A stretch of DNA of 61,926 nt, filler included, from Choristocarpus tenellus KU-1152 (taxonomy: Eukaryota > Protista > Phaeophyceae): the NCBI GenBank assembly GCA_964200185.2. It is 5 parts of 5 records of this genome, joined end to end, with 100 filler letters (N's around TTAATTAATTAA, not from the genome) between each part and the next. Parts side by side here need not be neighbours in the genome. Positions count along the whole stretch, not along the records: positions 33,402 to 54,886 come from CAXNAD020000338.1; 4 more parts are not named here. The stretch is one strand, 5' to 3'. The position numbers were made by a program, and so were the translations under genes. Position 1 is the stretch's first letter, and each line of letters begins with the position of its first letter. The notes under the pieces are model-generated. The model did not search any database. It was not told the DNA's origin and worked only from the letters and a program-made list of their open reading frames with translations. Shown here one piece after another: positions 38,903 through 53,045 of the stretch.

Positions 38903-40675
38903 GGCTCCCACACGCTTATTTCAGCCTTGTTTTGGGGTAAGTCGTTGTCCCAATCAGTCGAATTCCTTCCCTTCAACCTCCAAAAATCGAGGGTACTCCT
39001 CTACCTTCCCTCAAACGATCAGGGATGGTAACACACACCCAAGCACACTTCTTCTTGCGCCAACACAACGCTAGCCACAATGGGCCTGTATGAGCTTTCC
39101 ACTACGTACAACGACTTCGTGACAGAATGTGCGGAGATGTTGGGAGTACAATGTGAAGGGATGTTCGAAGAAGAAGGACGGTGGATCATAAAACAGAGGG
39201 TCTGGTACATATCAACTTGTACTTTTTTGTTCATGCACGATTTATTCAAATTCGGAGTTTGACTTGGGATTTAACGGCACAACAACCAAAAAGATACATA
39301 CATATTTTGTTTTTTCCAATAATTTGATCTATCTATATAATCTTTCACCACTCACCACCGATTTTAGATTGGTCTGTTCCAAAAATTTAAAAACTAAAGA
39401 CGGGATCCGACATCGGAGCATGATGTATTTCTTTGGGTCTTGAACCAACGTCAAATGTCGGAATTCGCTGATGAGAAATCGGCTGAGTACTACAATGGAA
39501 GGAAATCAGTGTATATCCTCACCAAAAACAAAGTTCTGACGTCAACGAATACCCCAACACAATGAATAACAGTATTTGTGTAACACCTATGTAAATAAAC
39601 TGTACATCCAACTCTAAAGTAGAAATGTATACCGACTGACATGAAAAGAGGGAGACAGACCTAATACACAGACCTCTGTAACTACACACACTCTGCTATT
39701 TGGTATTGAGTCACACTTACGTAATGGTAATCTGACCCTTAGTGAACCTGCCAAGCTTGTTAGGTTATTGTTGATTGATGGTGATAGTTACAGAGTTGAC
39801 TGGAAAGGCAAAATTGACTTGGACATTGAGATGGCTCCTTCACATACAAAGATCACTTCGAACACGTTGTGCCCTTACTCGCCATTCAGAAGATACTAGT
39901 CCCTCTCGTGAATAACTCTTCTAAGCATATATGGTATATACGCACAAGGTTGCATCCCATGTACAACAGGTAGCCCCGTACAGCTCCACCTTGGGTATTG
40001 GTCGCCTGTTTCACATGTGTTGGTAGAGGAATTGACCTTTATTTGAAACACATCCTTTGTGTCTTTCTACTGGGGTATATTTGATCTCCGCGAATTCTGT
40101 TGGTGATATACTTAAAAGATAGGGCAAGACGAACACATCAGATTTGTATTTGCTTGCAAAGAAAACGGTTCCAATGCGTATCATCAATTCCAAGCTGGAT
40201 TCACTGGACTAGTGGGCAAGGCAGGCTTCTCAATCTCATGCGACTCTTCCCTTGTTTCTACACCTCCTTCATCAAGCCAGTTTCACCTATATTGACCAGA
40301 TGTGTCCTGGTTGTTCTCCTTGTCCTCTTGCTTTGCGATATACTACAACAAGGGTCAAAGTACCAGTAGGCCTTTGCTTGACTGTGATGATGTCAGGGTG
40401 CATAGACGAAAGGTGTAACAAAAACCCTACCGAGCCCCCAATAAGGTAACTTTTCTTAGCATCAAAGCAAAGTATCTGTAACTCTCAGCTCAGGGAGATC
40501 AACTTAAACATTCATTTACATACAGACCCCAGGCAGCATACCCCTTCATTGATTCGTGATTTGATGCCACTTTCTTGCTGCAACTCTAGTCGTTATCAAC
40601 AGAGGATTATTCTACTATTGAACATTCAAATCCAAGAGCAAAAACCGCAAGCAATGAATTTCTAGGTGGGTGTTC

Positions 40676-41240
40676 TGTTGAAGTATCGTAGAGGGTACGA
40701 GTTTTGCCCTTTTTGTCCGTTCGGGGCTTGGCTTCCCATTTTTTTTAAATGACATTTTCCTATTCCGAAATGTTCGGAGTAGGTATCATGTACATACATA
40801 CCCGGAACAAGGATATTGACACTTCCAAACAACATGATGTGTTACAGGCGATATGTCGTGATGGCGGTTTCATAAACACCATTATGACCTTGAAGTCCTA
40901 GATTTTTGTATATTTGTACTTCTTGACTATTTACTTATTTAGTTATTATCACCCCCCCACATAGTACATCAGTGCCAGTCCCTTTTTATACAATAATATT
41001 GACCATACTTATGAAGGAATAATCCAAGTGAGAGATCCAGCATATTCGACGACTTGTGCACCAGGAGTCCTATACGTGCATCAGTGTCATCTATAGGCCT
41101 GTAGATTGGAGCTATACATCCTGTGGAGGTAAGCATCTGGAGCGTGCTGTAACAAATAGCCAAAATCACATCAAAATCACAATAATGGACTTTGGCCCCA
41201 AATGGACGCGGTTCTACCACCCTCTAAGATACTTTGACTC
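40676..41240 (-). mobile_element. Sola2-like MITE copy 1 (inverted, with a ~300-bp internal insertion, decayed)
   Basis: Ends AAGTATCGTAGAGGGTACGAGTTTTG... and ...CCCTCTAAGATACTTTGACTC are homologous to the reverse complement of 41652-41909. Confidence 0.7.
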
Positions 41241-41651
41241 ATTCTTGCTAATCATAAGCGCTTATCAGGATACTACTGCAAACCCTCCTTTTTGGGCATG
41301 CTGTTGGGTGCATGCAACAAATATATCCCTTTCAGCAACTACTTCAGAAGTAATAAGCCTGGACACAAAACTGAGAGGATAGTAGCAGTAATTTCTCTAC
41401 TGCCATCATCCACTTTGTTAGCACATCGTTGGACCAAAAAAGTCGCTTCACCTGTGTACCTGTGCTATCGAAGTTTTAAATGTAAGGTGAGATATAGGAT
41501 CTTACCTTATTTGTACACATTTCATTACCCACAGTGCTTGTGCTGTCCTATACATTTCCCACCCCTATCCTGCCACTCAAAATGGACATCGTGAGGTTGT
41601 AATTGAAGGTGTGTCTTGGTGTGTGTGGGGTCAGGACTAAACCTCATTGGA

Positions 41652-41909
41652 GAGCCAAAGTATCTTAGAGGGCACAGCCGCGTCCATTTGGGGGCCAAAG
41701 TCCAATGTTGCAATTTTGATGTAATTTTGGCTATTGTGTGTGTTAGGAAATGTCAATGTTGATGTTCTGGGCACACATTTTAATAACATACACATTTTAC
41801 CCACTCCGAAACATTTTGGAGAAGGAAAATGTAATAAATCGCCCATGGAAAGCCAAGCCCCAAATGGACAAACAGGGCAAAACTCGTACCCTCTAAGATA
41901 CTTTCACTC
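41652..41909 (+). mobile_element. 258-bp non-autonomous DNA transposon (MITE), Sola2-like
   Basis: 21-bp TIRs GAGCCAAAGTATCTTAGAGGG and CCCTCTAAGATACTTTCACTC (2 mismatches), termini GAG...CTC, perfect 4-bp TSD TGGA (41648-41651 and 41910-41913). GRG...CYC ends with a 4-bp TSD are the described signature of Sola2. Confidence 0.85.
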
Positions 41910-44336
41910 TGGATTTCCGACATGTCGAAGCCATTGGTGATGTAAGTCGAGGGATCTACCCTCTTACCAACGAAACCAGAAGGGCCAAGGTGAGAGTTGC
42001 ACCAGCAATGTTTGTGCCTACTGGAGTTAGGGCGTCACCTTACACTACCTATCAAAGGGTGGAGAATGCTTGATATGGGAGCTGTGATGCATGCTCTCAA
42101 CAATACCAAGAAAGGACGAGTGCAAGGTGTCACCTACCAGATGTCAATTTTGTTTTCTAACCGATGATCAGCGGTATGTACACAGTTCTCGCTGGTTCAT
42201 AGTCAGCACGACTATTTTGTATCATCTATTGATCATTCGATTGGTGCTGTTGTGTGATCCAACATTGGTCTGTGTTTATCCCCCCCACCACTTCATAGTC
42301 AATCAATGCAATTAATTGCCAGTGCACACACGGGCTGGTTGGGCTGTGTCCTCGATTGATGTTGTTCAACCAATGACCTGTCTTTAATCGTTTGGTATTT
42401 CTGTATGGTCCTCACTGAATTTTTCTGCCCTCCAATAATGTGCAACCTCGCATGATGCTGTTGATACTATCTACTCTAAATCATAACTAATTGCTTATAT
42501 TGCCATCCCCCTGTTATTCCTTGCATGAGTCACTCGCAGATTTCTCATGATCAGGATAGGGTGGGCTCGCCTCTCTCACAGAAAGATCAAGGGTGCTCCT
42601 CAGGTTTGAGCTCCGTATTACTACCAACCGGGAACAGAGCAGGCTCAAACACCTCCACAGAAGAACAACAGTGTAGTAGAGTCGACCATTCCTTTGTCAT
42701 TGGACTCGTACTTTTCAGTGATAGAGCTGACTATGATGAAAGGGGAGAAGGGCCTCTGCCATCTACCAGCCATAGTGCTTAAGCGGCATTTGGAGGAGGA
42801 GAGGTTCAACTACTAGTTATTTTTCCATACTACTTGTACTTGTCTGAAGGAACCCGAAGTTCCTTGTACTCCATATTACATGCAACATCTTTTCTTCTAC
42901 ATACTACTAATACTATGTTCCTATTACCACCCTCATTCGGACATGATATGGGAACGGTCCTGAAAAAGGTCTAGAAGAATTCAGTTTTCTCAACAAATAA
43001 ACATTTCTTTTTGTTCGAGACGATAAGTTGGGGGTGTTTCGTGGTTTGTTGTCAGTCGCTCCAGCACTAATTGTTCAGTCTGTGGGGAAGAAAAGGTGAG
43101 GCTTCGTGATATGTTGGCTCAGGTTTCTGAAGCCCTTGGTGAAGAGAGGGGCGTTATTGTTTGTCGGGCTGGCCTAGTGAAGAAGTAATATCCAAATGAT
43201 TTCAACCTCCCGTTTGACCACATCTTTCTCTGGATGATGGTTGATCGGAAGGTTGTTGAAGTCCCGTTTTCACAAGTCTTGGCGTCGGATCTCTCCGTTT
43301 GTCGATCCTTTGCTACCTTGGATCACTCATTGTAAGCTGTTAAGCTCTTCTCGCTCTGTTCTAATCATAGCCATATGTCTCACGTGTTGTCTGTACCTTC
43401 AACCTACACTTTGCTTACATAACCCCCACGCCAAAGACGAGTTGCGGAGAATTTTGTATGGATTCAAAGCCGGTGTATTATGCTATATTGGTCCTTCGAT
43501 TGTCTGGTCTCCTATTAGTAGCAAAAGCTGTAGTTTTTCTTGCCTTGGATGTCAAGGTTACCTTTAGATGATCTGACGACAGTTTTTTTTCCCGTGTGAC
43601 AAGATTTCCTTTTTCGGATAGTGATAGGTGTATTAATAGCAGGAGTACATATCATGCATTGAATTCCTCGGCCTGAAGCTTCTTGACCGTTGGCAGAGCC
43701 TTCTCAGATACCTAGTCCCCGCCTTTTCATGGGTCAACCTTTTAGCGGTTGGAGAACGGATGACTTCAGCAATCATGGTGATCTCCCCGCACGTATTTAT
43801 CAGCGACGCGGTAATGGGAATGCCATTTTTACCCTAAAGTCGATAAGCCTATGGAACAGGTGTCGTTGGGTGCTTGGATATGAACTGGAGAACTATCACG
43901 GATATAGAGGACCTCACTAATAGTGGTGTGGTTGTTGTAAAGCTTGGGGGGATGAATTAGGCGTGTAAGACATTGACACTTGTTAGGTTCGTGTTCACAT
44001 GCAATGTCCTCATTATGTATTTGCCAATTGAGTATCATCTCGGGTTACTGCGGTCTAGACTCGGCCAGATCCTTACTATATATTAGTAATACTTCACATC
44101 TTTCAAGGTAGTTTTCTTTTTCCCCTTCTTCCAACGAACCAATGCCAAGGTTGACTCGATTTTGAGACATGAATATAACAAGAAGATGATCTTATCCTCA
44201 CAATCAAGCCAATCAGATGTTTGAATCCTGATGCTTTCCCAACTCGCCTACGCGTTCCTTTTACTCTTGTCATTGGTCAGAAATTGCAAGGTACTAGAAG
44301 TAATAAATAGGAGCTACAGGCAATAAGTCAACAACC

Positions 44337-47300
44337 ATGCAGGACTGGAACACCGTGACTATTTCCAAGACCCGACCTACGCAGACACGGGGACAAAAAA
44401 ATGCCGCCACAGCAGCAGCAGCAAGAACGGTGAGTGGTCACCACCTCTTGCCCCTTCCTTCTGAAACATGTCTTGATTGAGGGAGTTTGGGGGGGAGGTG
44501 ACATGTTCTAAAGAGCAAGGTTGATACAGCACTAAAAAAAAAATAATCTATTGTATCTGGTGATTGGGATAGGTTTGTTTCAATATAAGATACCCTACCC
44601 TCTAAATATATATTTTTTAACGCTGGTGTGACTCCCCTTTGCATAGCATTTAAATTCTCTTGGAGCATTGCCCTGGGTAACTAAGGCGACTATTGCCGTC
44701 ACACTTCAATTTTAGTACTGGGGGTGGAAGTGAAGAGAGATGATCTTGAATTGTCAGCCTAAGTTCAAGGAGTCGTGTAACAGTAAGCTGGAATTGGTTT
44801 TATTCCTTTCCTGTATCATTTTGTCATACCTTGCACATGCATGTACGTGTCCTCCTTCTGTGAGCTGATGCACCTGCACTATCTTGTCAGAGCATTTGAA
44901 TGTTGCTACCCAAAGCGTCTTTCATCATCCACCAGCTGGTTCGAGTTTCAATTTTCGGTCTAGGTGTGGAAGTGTACTGATTGGGTAAAGAAGTAACCCT
45001 AACTCTATGTGCTGTACTAGAACAAGGTTAGGACCCTTGTTCCTCCTATGCTCAAATTTAGTGGTGGTTTCTGAAAGACATGGCATACAAGACTCCATTC
45101 ATTATTAGCATCAAATCACAAGACATACAGTAATGTTCCAGAAGGACTGTTAGTAATGATATTATTCTGATGCTATTGTTGCCCCATGTAGACCCAAAAA
45201 AGCTTATCACTTGTAACGCTTCAAGTGTGTCTATGCATTGAGAAGAGGATCTTTGTGGGGACAAAGAAAATTCTGTGGAGGGCTGTAGACATACTTGCTT
45301 TGTAAGGAAGGCAACATAGACGAAGTGATTGCCTGCTCCATTTTGTCTTATTCTCCCTTATACACCTCAAAGGCGTTAATGAATTCTATTTCGGTGGTTT
45401 TGACTCAGAGGGGAGGGGTTGATGTTGGGTAGTCATGCTCATGCTTACACTCACTCCTGGAAAAAAGCTAGAAAGAAGTTTGTCTTTGTATGATCAGAAG
45501 ACAGAATTTCCCATTTCCGCCCGTTAGACTAAAACCCTGAGCTTAAAAGAAAAGAGTGAAAAATCGTTGACATCTCTTATCTCTGCACACGAACATAAAT
45601 ACATTCAGCCTCTACGGGAAGTTAATCCTTTGGCCTTGTTGGGACCAAATTGGAACTGTTCCAAAAGAAAACAAAGCATTGCCGGGGAAATTCTAGTAAA
45701 GTTCTCAATTGATGGTGACTTGAACATCTCTCAATGCTTCCGTGATTCTGCATTGCTTTCTTGGGCTGTGCATGTGCCCTACTGCACCACCCCTTCCTCT
45801 TGTCCATGTCATCGCTTAGTCCCCATGACTAGCTAGCATAGGCAAGTATTCAATGTGATATCATGCTTAATGTCAACCACCTGGCGCTAGTGTTGACGCA
45901 TACATAGTATACATTTTTTGCAACAAATAAAATGCTATCTACACTCCCACTTTATGGTCGTATGTCTACTTCCTTGTCTGTATACCTGGGTTGTGATGGT
46001 GTGTGTTTGTTGTGCGTTGAATGTCACCTCATCTATCCATGATGCATGTTGTATCTGTGTTGCAGGGTGGACTTGAGACTGAACGAAGATTTGCTGCTGG
46101 TGAGAACAAGAGCTCTCACAGGGGGCACATGAACATGAAGAAGCTGGATGATGAGACTGAGGAGTTCCAACGTAAGAGGGCATTGCTATCTACCTCGCCT
46201 GGGGGGGTAATGAATGATTATGTCGGCAGGAATGCTTTTGTATGTTTGGTTTGAGTTTTTTTGTGTGTTTTCATAGGGAAGAAGCAAAATTGTTTTGTGA
46301 TTGTTTTCTTGTGCTTTCTTGTTTGTTGAGATATACCTATGACTACAATATTTCAGTAACTCTTTTTTATTGCTGAGTTGTACGGGGGAGTGGGGCGGTA
46401 TGAGGGTTTGTTGTGCTCACGGTGTGTTTGGGGTATGCATGTTGGAAGTAGGGGACTGGAAATTGAAATTGATTTAAAGAGAATGTTGGAGCAGTGAGGT
46501 GTTTATTTTTTGGGCTGTTGAACCTTCCTAAAATGGTAAAAATGGTGTTAATGTCCATACGTTTTCATGTGTCTGTGAAGTGTTTAAAGGGAATCTAAAT
46601 GTGGTACAATGAGCAGAGTTCACTACTGTGGTTGTGTATTCACCCTAACAAAGTTTTTAATGTAGGCATAATGTTGAAGTAAGGACAAGCACACGAATCA
46701 AAACAAAGCCTTCAAGGCTCCATGTGAAATAATAATGATAATTTAAAAGGCAATCACACCGTGGTAACAAAATTTAACCCTAGGAAGCAAACAGAATGGA
46801 TGCAGTGATGTTGAGATTTTTTGGGATAAGAGGTGAAAAGTGTCTTCGTTAAGTTAATGGCCTCTCTTGTGGTAATGGTGTTGATATATGGACTTGCTCA
46901 TTCCCCCTGTTCCATCTTCTAGATGTGTTCCACACAGCCCTCTCACTGATATGTCTCACAAGGTCAAATTATACCCCAAGCTCTTGACGAGCTACAATAT
47001 AAACCTCTGCTAATTGGAAGTGATTCATTGCTTAGTAGATGAATTGAGCAATGGGGCTGACAGTATTGATTGCTGTGTTTTTGTGTGTGTGTGTGTATGT
47101 GTGTATGTGTGTGTGTGTGTGTTTTTTTTTTTTTCTTAAATTACATAGACGCACGTGTTGACCGGAGTCTTGCGCAGGCGATTCAACAAGCACGCCTTGG
47201 GAAGAAGATGACTCAGAAACAGCTTGCCACGGTAAGGAGTAAAAAATATAATATCTATATCTATATCTATCTATTGGTTTAATGTACGATCTACATTCAT

Positions 47301-48605
47301 AGGAATAACCTGTTTTTATTGTTGGTGTTGTTCGTGTCTCTGATTTATGCCTGAAATATTTAAAATGATTAAATTCAGTGTCTCAAGTTTTTTGGCTGAG
47401 AGTAGATTATTCTATTATTTTGCGTGTGAGTAACCAGTCCCTGACCAAGTATGTGTGGGAATGATTACAATGCGATTCGTGTTGTCTTTGACTTGATCCT
47501 CGATGCATTCAGTGCGTTATGGTCTTGATGTATAAAGGCTCTGGTGATTTGAGTGAAAGGAGGGGGTTGCGCCAAGGAGGATTTGTCACATGAGTCATTG
47601 TGGTACAGGACAATTAACTTATTTGCAAATCTTTTACCTTCAGAAATGTCTTCATCACTTAAATAATATAACTTACAGGAATTGCATGCAATTTCCCTAT
47701 TTTCTTTTATTCCTGAGCACAGCAACAAAATGGTGAGGGCAGGGGGGGGGGGGGGGGGGGGGGTTGTGGATGGGGGTTTGGTGTTTTTTGTTGGTGGGAA
47801 AAAAAAAAATTTTGTTTTTTTNNNNNNNNNGGGGGGGGGGGGGGGGGGGGGGGGGGGGATGTTCAAGATGGTTATGGATAGTTTCTGTTGAGGGAAAAAC
47901 GAAAATGTGTTCTCTTGTTTGTACTGATGAGATTGAAATTTGCTAAATGTTTGCTAGCAAAGATTCTGATAGGATTGAAGAGGCTTTGGTGGATAGCAAG
48001 AACAAGAGCAGGTCTATAGACACTGCTTTTTTTCGTTGTACATAGTGAAACTGTGTAGTACATAAAAGTTTGCCTGATCACTCTCTTTCCATGTGCAACC
48101 TGTCATAGCAGTAGTACTGGTGTCAAGGATGTTGCGTCGAGGTCACATGGACACGGGAACATCTAAGGTTGTTCAAATATTCAAGGCTCAAGAAGGTTTC
48201 AGAATGAAGTGGATCCTGCTACCTCAAATGCAACACATGAAGAATGATTGATGAGCATTTATTCTTTGTCCTGAGTGGTGTCTCTCTGAATCAGATGAAG
48301 TAACTCTTAAGGACATTATTTCCATAATAGTGAGTACACCTGTGTACTCCCTTTGTTGACTTAGTCCACCCCCCCCTGCTGAATAAAGAAGACAATATTT
48401 TGTTTGTTGTGTGCTACATGCCATGACAAACAACTCTCTCTGTGTCCCTCTTTGTTTCACATTGACACAGATGATAAATGAGAAACCTCAGGTTGTGGGG
48501 GAATATGAGAGTGGAAAGGCTATTCCTAACCCTCAGCTGATCAGCAAGCTTGAGAGGGCGCTTGGTGTACGCCTCCCCAGGCCCAACAAGAAGAACAAGA
48601 AATAG
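44337..48605 (+). CDS. MBF1: Multiprotein-bridging factor 1 (MBF1/EDF1), 138 aa
   Basis: Exons 44337-44429, 46066-46171, 47149-47231 and 48471-48605 splice in frame. Product: [11 protein letters not shown]...[10 protein letters not shown]...[74 protein letters not shown], i.e. the MBF1 N-terminus plus HTH_3. Confidence 0.96.
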
Positions 48606-51600
48606 ATACACTAAGATTAAGGATTTGACCTTGTAGGCTACTTTAGGGCTATGAAAAGTCTGACTTCGCCAATTGTGACTACCACCTGGGACTGATACAC
48701 TATGATATATACTGATATGGGCATGAGCTGTGACTGAATGCTCTAGACTCTTGAAGTTGTGTTGAGGCATAGGTCAGGCAGGATTCATGCAAGCATTTTT
48801 TGCTCTCTTTCTTCACTGGGGGTGGTGTGAGTAAAGGGCGTGTGTGTGTGTTTTGAAGGAGATAGGGGGTACCAAGACTACAGATTGCATGATGACCTTG
48901 GTGGTAGAGTTGGTGAAGTGTATGTTGGTATGCTTGGGTGATGGTGTTGTAGGTTGTGCAGAAAGAGAGCCAATGATGGTGTGTCAACTATTGTTGTGGT
49001 GCAGGGCATGGTGTATGAACTGTTTTTTTCCTGTTGGTTGTAACTTTTGCCCTCTGTCCCAGAGCAGAAATACATCAATCTCCGGATGAGGTGCTACTGT
49101 CAAATATTGTGTGAGGAGAGGTTGATGGAAACTATTGCAAAAATAGTACAAATACAGGTTAGGGGTAAGAGGAAAATACAAATAAGTCACAAAAGTGTCA
49201 TGGTGCACTTTTTGTGACAAATTTTGTGACAGTTGGAAGGTGTGTACTCAAACCTGGTCAGTAGGGGTTTGGGGGTGGGGCCCACTATAAATAGATAAGG
49301 GCTGTTCGTCAGCCTGAGGTACTTGGTTCAATTCACTCTCCCTTCCATGATAGGGACAAGGCAACATGCTTGACGATGTGTTTTATGTTTTTTGGTTACG
49401 TGGTTGCAGCTTGAGGAGTTTGAATCAAGATAATAACACTCATTTCTTTTAAGGGGGGTGCAGCACTGGGAGGGAACCTGGCTCAACCTTGCTGCATGGC
49501 GGAGACTTGAGCCAAACACGGTCTGACTTGATCTTGTCAGGGATGTGTATATTTCTTTAGTTGTGTATTGGCTGATAAAAGTTGTAAGGGTTTTCACCTC
49601 GTTAAGTATTGAGTAAACAAGAAAAAGAGCTAGTAGAAAACCTTGATTTGAATCTTACGGGAAACATTACCTCTCCCTCAAATCAAATTAGTGACAAAAC
49701 AATGAAAAATGCAAGGGCATGGGTAGCACCATTTCCCCTGGCCCCACCCCCAAAAAGTCGTACATACTATTCACGTCCATAGTTTTGCAGGGTGGAGTGG
49801 TTGGAATAATGAGCAGACACTGCAATTTGGGATTACGTGGAAGGGAATTTTGGCCTTTTGTGTGTGGTTTCTAGATGTGCAATTATGGGGAGCCCCAAAT
49901 AAGATCGATCGAAGTAACTAGGTGGGGGTAGACAGCTGGTATATTTGCCATGCCCACAATCATGTGACTATGTATACGCACTTCCAGATGTGTTAGCAGG
50001 AGACTTTTTGTGTGCACTGTAGTATGTCCACGTGTCCCTAACTGTTTCAGGACATGAGTAGGCGTGTGCAAGAGCTGTCCTCAAGACTTACCGAAACACA
50101 TGTGAGAACCGCAGGCTTGTAAGTATACAGCAGTTTCAAGTATTACAGCTTTCCGCTATAAGGGCGTGCAAGAACACACCATGATTGAAGGGCATCATGA
50201 TTGAGGTAAGGTACGGGTCCCTCCCAAAATGAAGGGTGGTTGTCCAGATTTGTTGAACTCTTGGAGATTTATGGGACCTGGTGAGAGGTAATGTTAGTAA
50301 ATTGCTACTCCAATACTACCCCACTCTCTGTTATAATGTGGACTGAGGGTGGTTCAGGATACTGTTCCTACTCTTGATCAGGAGTGTCCTCATTTGATTA
50401 CCACTATAATTGGATCGCTGGAGAGTATCACTTAAACAAAGGACACCATTAAAAAAAAAGAAGATAAATATGGTCTACTAGAAAAAAGATCAAATGCTTG
50501 TAGCAACAATCAGAGGAAGGTGAGGTACTCACCCAACTTTCTACTCACTCCATGAAGTGAACCAAAACATATACGGCATTGAGATAACACCCTCTAAATA
50601 ATGACCCTCTCTACCCCAAAAGGGGAAAAGATCTGACAATCTTCGAATGGATATACGTAAAACACACTAAGAGGGCGAAACATCTTACAGTCTTCAAATG
50701 AGTGTGTGCAAAACACAGCAAGACCCCTCTACATGAGACAAAAAAACAACTATGCAGCTATATGGAGACGCGCATGCAGTTAAAAAAAACGGTGCAAACT
50801 GTTGACCCCTCCTTGACGGTTTGGAGCATGTACGCACACCATGCTCTTCAGTTATCCCTGTAGTACTCAATGAAGCTTGACCCTGATGATGTGCTAACAA
50901 AATTGGATTTGGCGTAAGGTATATATTCCATTCTTACCTGGTCTATCCCCTGGATCCTCCACATCCAATCTATGAGGGGCGTTATTTCTGTAGTGACTTG
51001 GGAACCTCTACCCCTAGCACGCTGTCACTGAGAAGAGAGCAAGGAGTAACTATGGTAACTTTAAACAAAAGTTTTAAATCAACTCCAACAAGAAAAAATG
51101 CTAATGACGACATGTACAATATTTCTCATTTGCCTCACTAGAAATAGATCTCAACTAATAACGCAAAAGTCTTTCCGACCCTCACCTACAAACCAAGTAC
51201 CTGAAAATTACTCCTGAGCAGAACTGAAGACAAGCAACAAGGAAAGACAATGTTAACTACATCCTGTTTCAGTCCAAAAAAGATGCTTCAATAGCAGCAC
51301 ACTGGATTTCACTACCACAGACAATACATCCCATAGCGTACAGGTCATCTACAGTGTAGACAAGATACCAGTCCAAGTCCAACCGTCTGGTGGACCAGTC
51401 ATTGGAAGGGGTGGGAAAGCCAACACTGCGGACACCAGACACTACTTGGACTTCATCTGAACAAATGTATCACTAGCCAGACAATCACAGGGGTCGACAA
51501 CTACTCCACTAGAACCTGAGGGTGACAAAATAATGTAGGGGAATCATCAGGTACCTTATCTTGTCAAACACCTGAAACAAGGAAAGTGTGGTAAAGTTGA

Positions 51601-51971
51601 ACAGGCTATTGTGACCATGGGAGAGATAACTGGATCAGAACACACCCAGCCACCCCATCCTACTATCTCAGCCAGGAGCATTTTTGCTTGCATTATATCA
51701 ACAGGAACAGCCTCAAGTCAGCACAAGTCTCACTTGACTGCCGTTTAGGAATAGGTGGGCGGCAAGCCCCCTACCCTTACCTCCATCCACAATTCCATCC
51801 ATCATAAATATAATCAGATCTTTTTGTTAATCAATTAACAGCCATACAGAGAAACTTCAGCAACCAGGCAACTAGATGCCGTATCTTTCATCTGGAATGA
51901 CAGTTCAAAGTCAATCTCACTATTGTGGGTGCTTCTATGCATCCCTCTCGAGACCTGCAACACTTGTGGTA

Positions 51972-53045
51972 CTATGGATTGAGCATATTCATCATTACTG
52001 GTGTAATACAGGTTGCCCACTCCTCCAACCCCTCCTTAGTAAGGTGGAGAAAGTCATTGTCCAGGAACACTTTACTGAGGAACCGAGATGCCTCTCCACT
52101 ATCCCCAACCTCAGTCTCCACAAACCTGCTCAGGATGAGCAAAGGAGTCACCAACATTGTAAGGGTCAAAGGGACTACTAAACAAATCCATTCTATCAGG
52201 TCAATGTGGCGTTTAGGTCACTCACTCTACAAGAGTGAACAAACATTATTGTACCACAGCCCTTACCCCTTGGACGGCAGGTGAGAGAGAGAGAGAGAGA
52301 GCAGTAGGTGAGGGCCTTTTCAGCTATCATATACATGATAACTACAAAAGACATATGTCACAGATGGAACAGAGTTGCTTGGCTTGAGTGCTGAAGGGGG
52401 AAAGGATAGGTACAGGTAGAGGGCTACATGGCATTACAGCTGGACACATGTGGTAATTGTACAGTACAAACCAGGGTTCAAACTGTGTCATTCTGTGCAA
52501 GAGGCCCACTAGAAAATTAGTCTAAGTGATGTGGTGCTTCCATAAAATAGGAGGTCAGTGAGACAGTGTGGCGCAATCAATAAATGAGACAGCATAAGGC
52601 AAGGATGTTGCATTACACTCGAGAGACTTGCAACAAACACCATCATCCATTGTTATTAGGGTTAGGGTTAGCTGCCACGCTGCCAACCCAAGTAGCCTAA
52701 CTCTGTGAATTCCAGTGGGGTGGTAATTTTTCGGGATGGGGTTACAGCAGGAAGGAGGAGCAACAGACCCAGCTTTCCAGCTCTCTTTGCCTGACGCATG
52801 TGTTTGATACTATAATAATACATGTCATGTCCACTGGATCTGGACACAAATAGCATTTTTGTGCTGCAGAGCTCAGACACACAAACTCGACTCCAATGAA
52901 AACGCACCAGAATTTCAATACCAAACCCACCCTTCCCTCTCACAGCATCCCTTCTGCATACGCAACACACACACCTCTGTCCACAGTCCAAAAAGTGAAC
53001 ATTGGGACCACTCTTCTCCGCCAGCTCATAGATGAGTACATTTGT
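51972..53045 (-). CDS. SGNH/GDSL hydrolase (PAF-acetylhydrolase IB-like), last two exons
   Basis: Exons 53045-52975 (TNVLIYELAEKSGPNVHFLDCGQR) and 52125-51972 (FVETE...FLDNDFLHLTKEGLEEWATCITPVM) join in frame. They contain N...VHFLDCG and the block V catalytic D-x-x-H (DFLH). Upstream exons were not securely found; there is a possible 15-nt micro-exon at 53867-53853. Confidence 0.75.
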
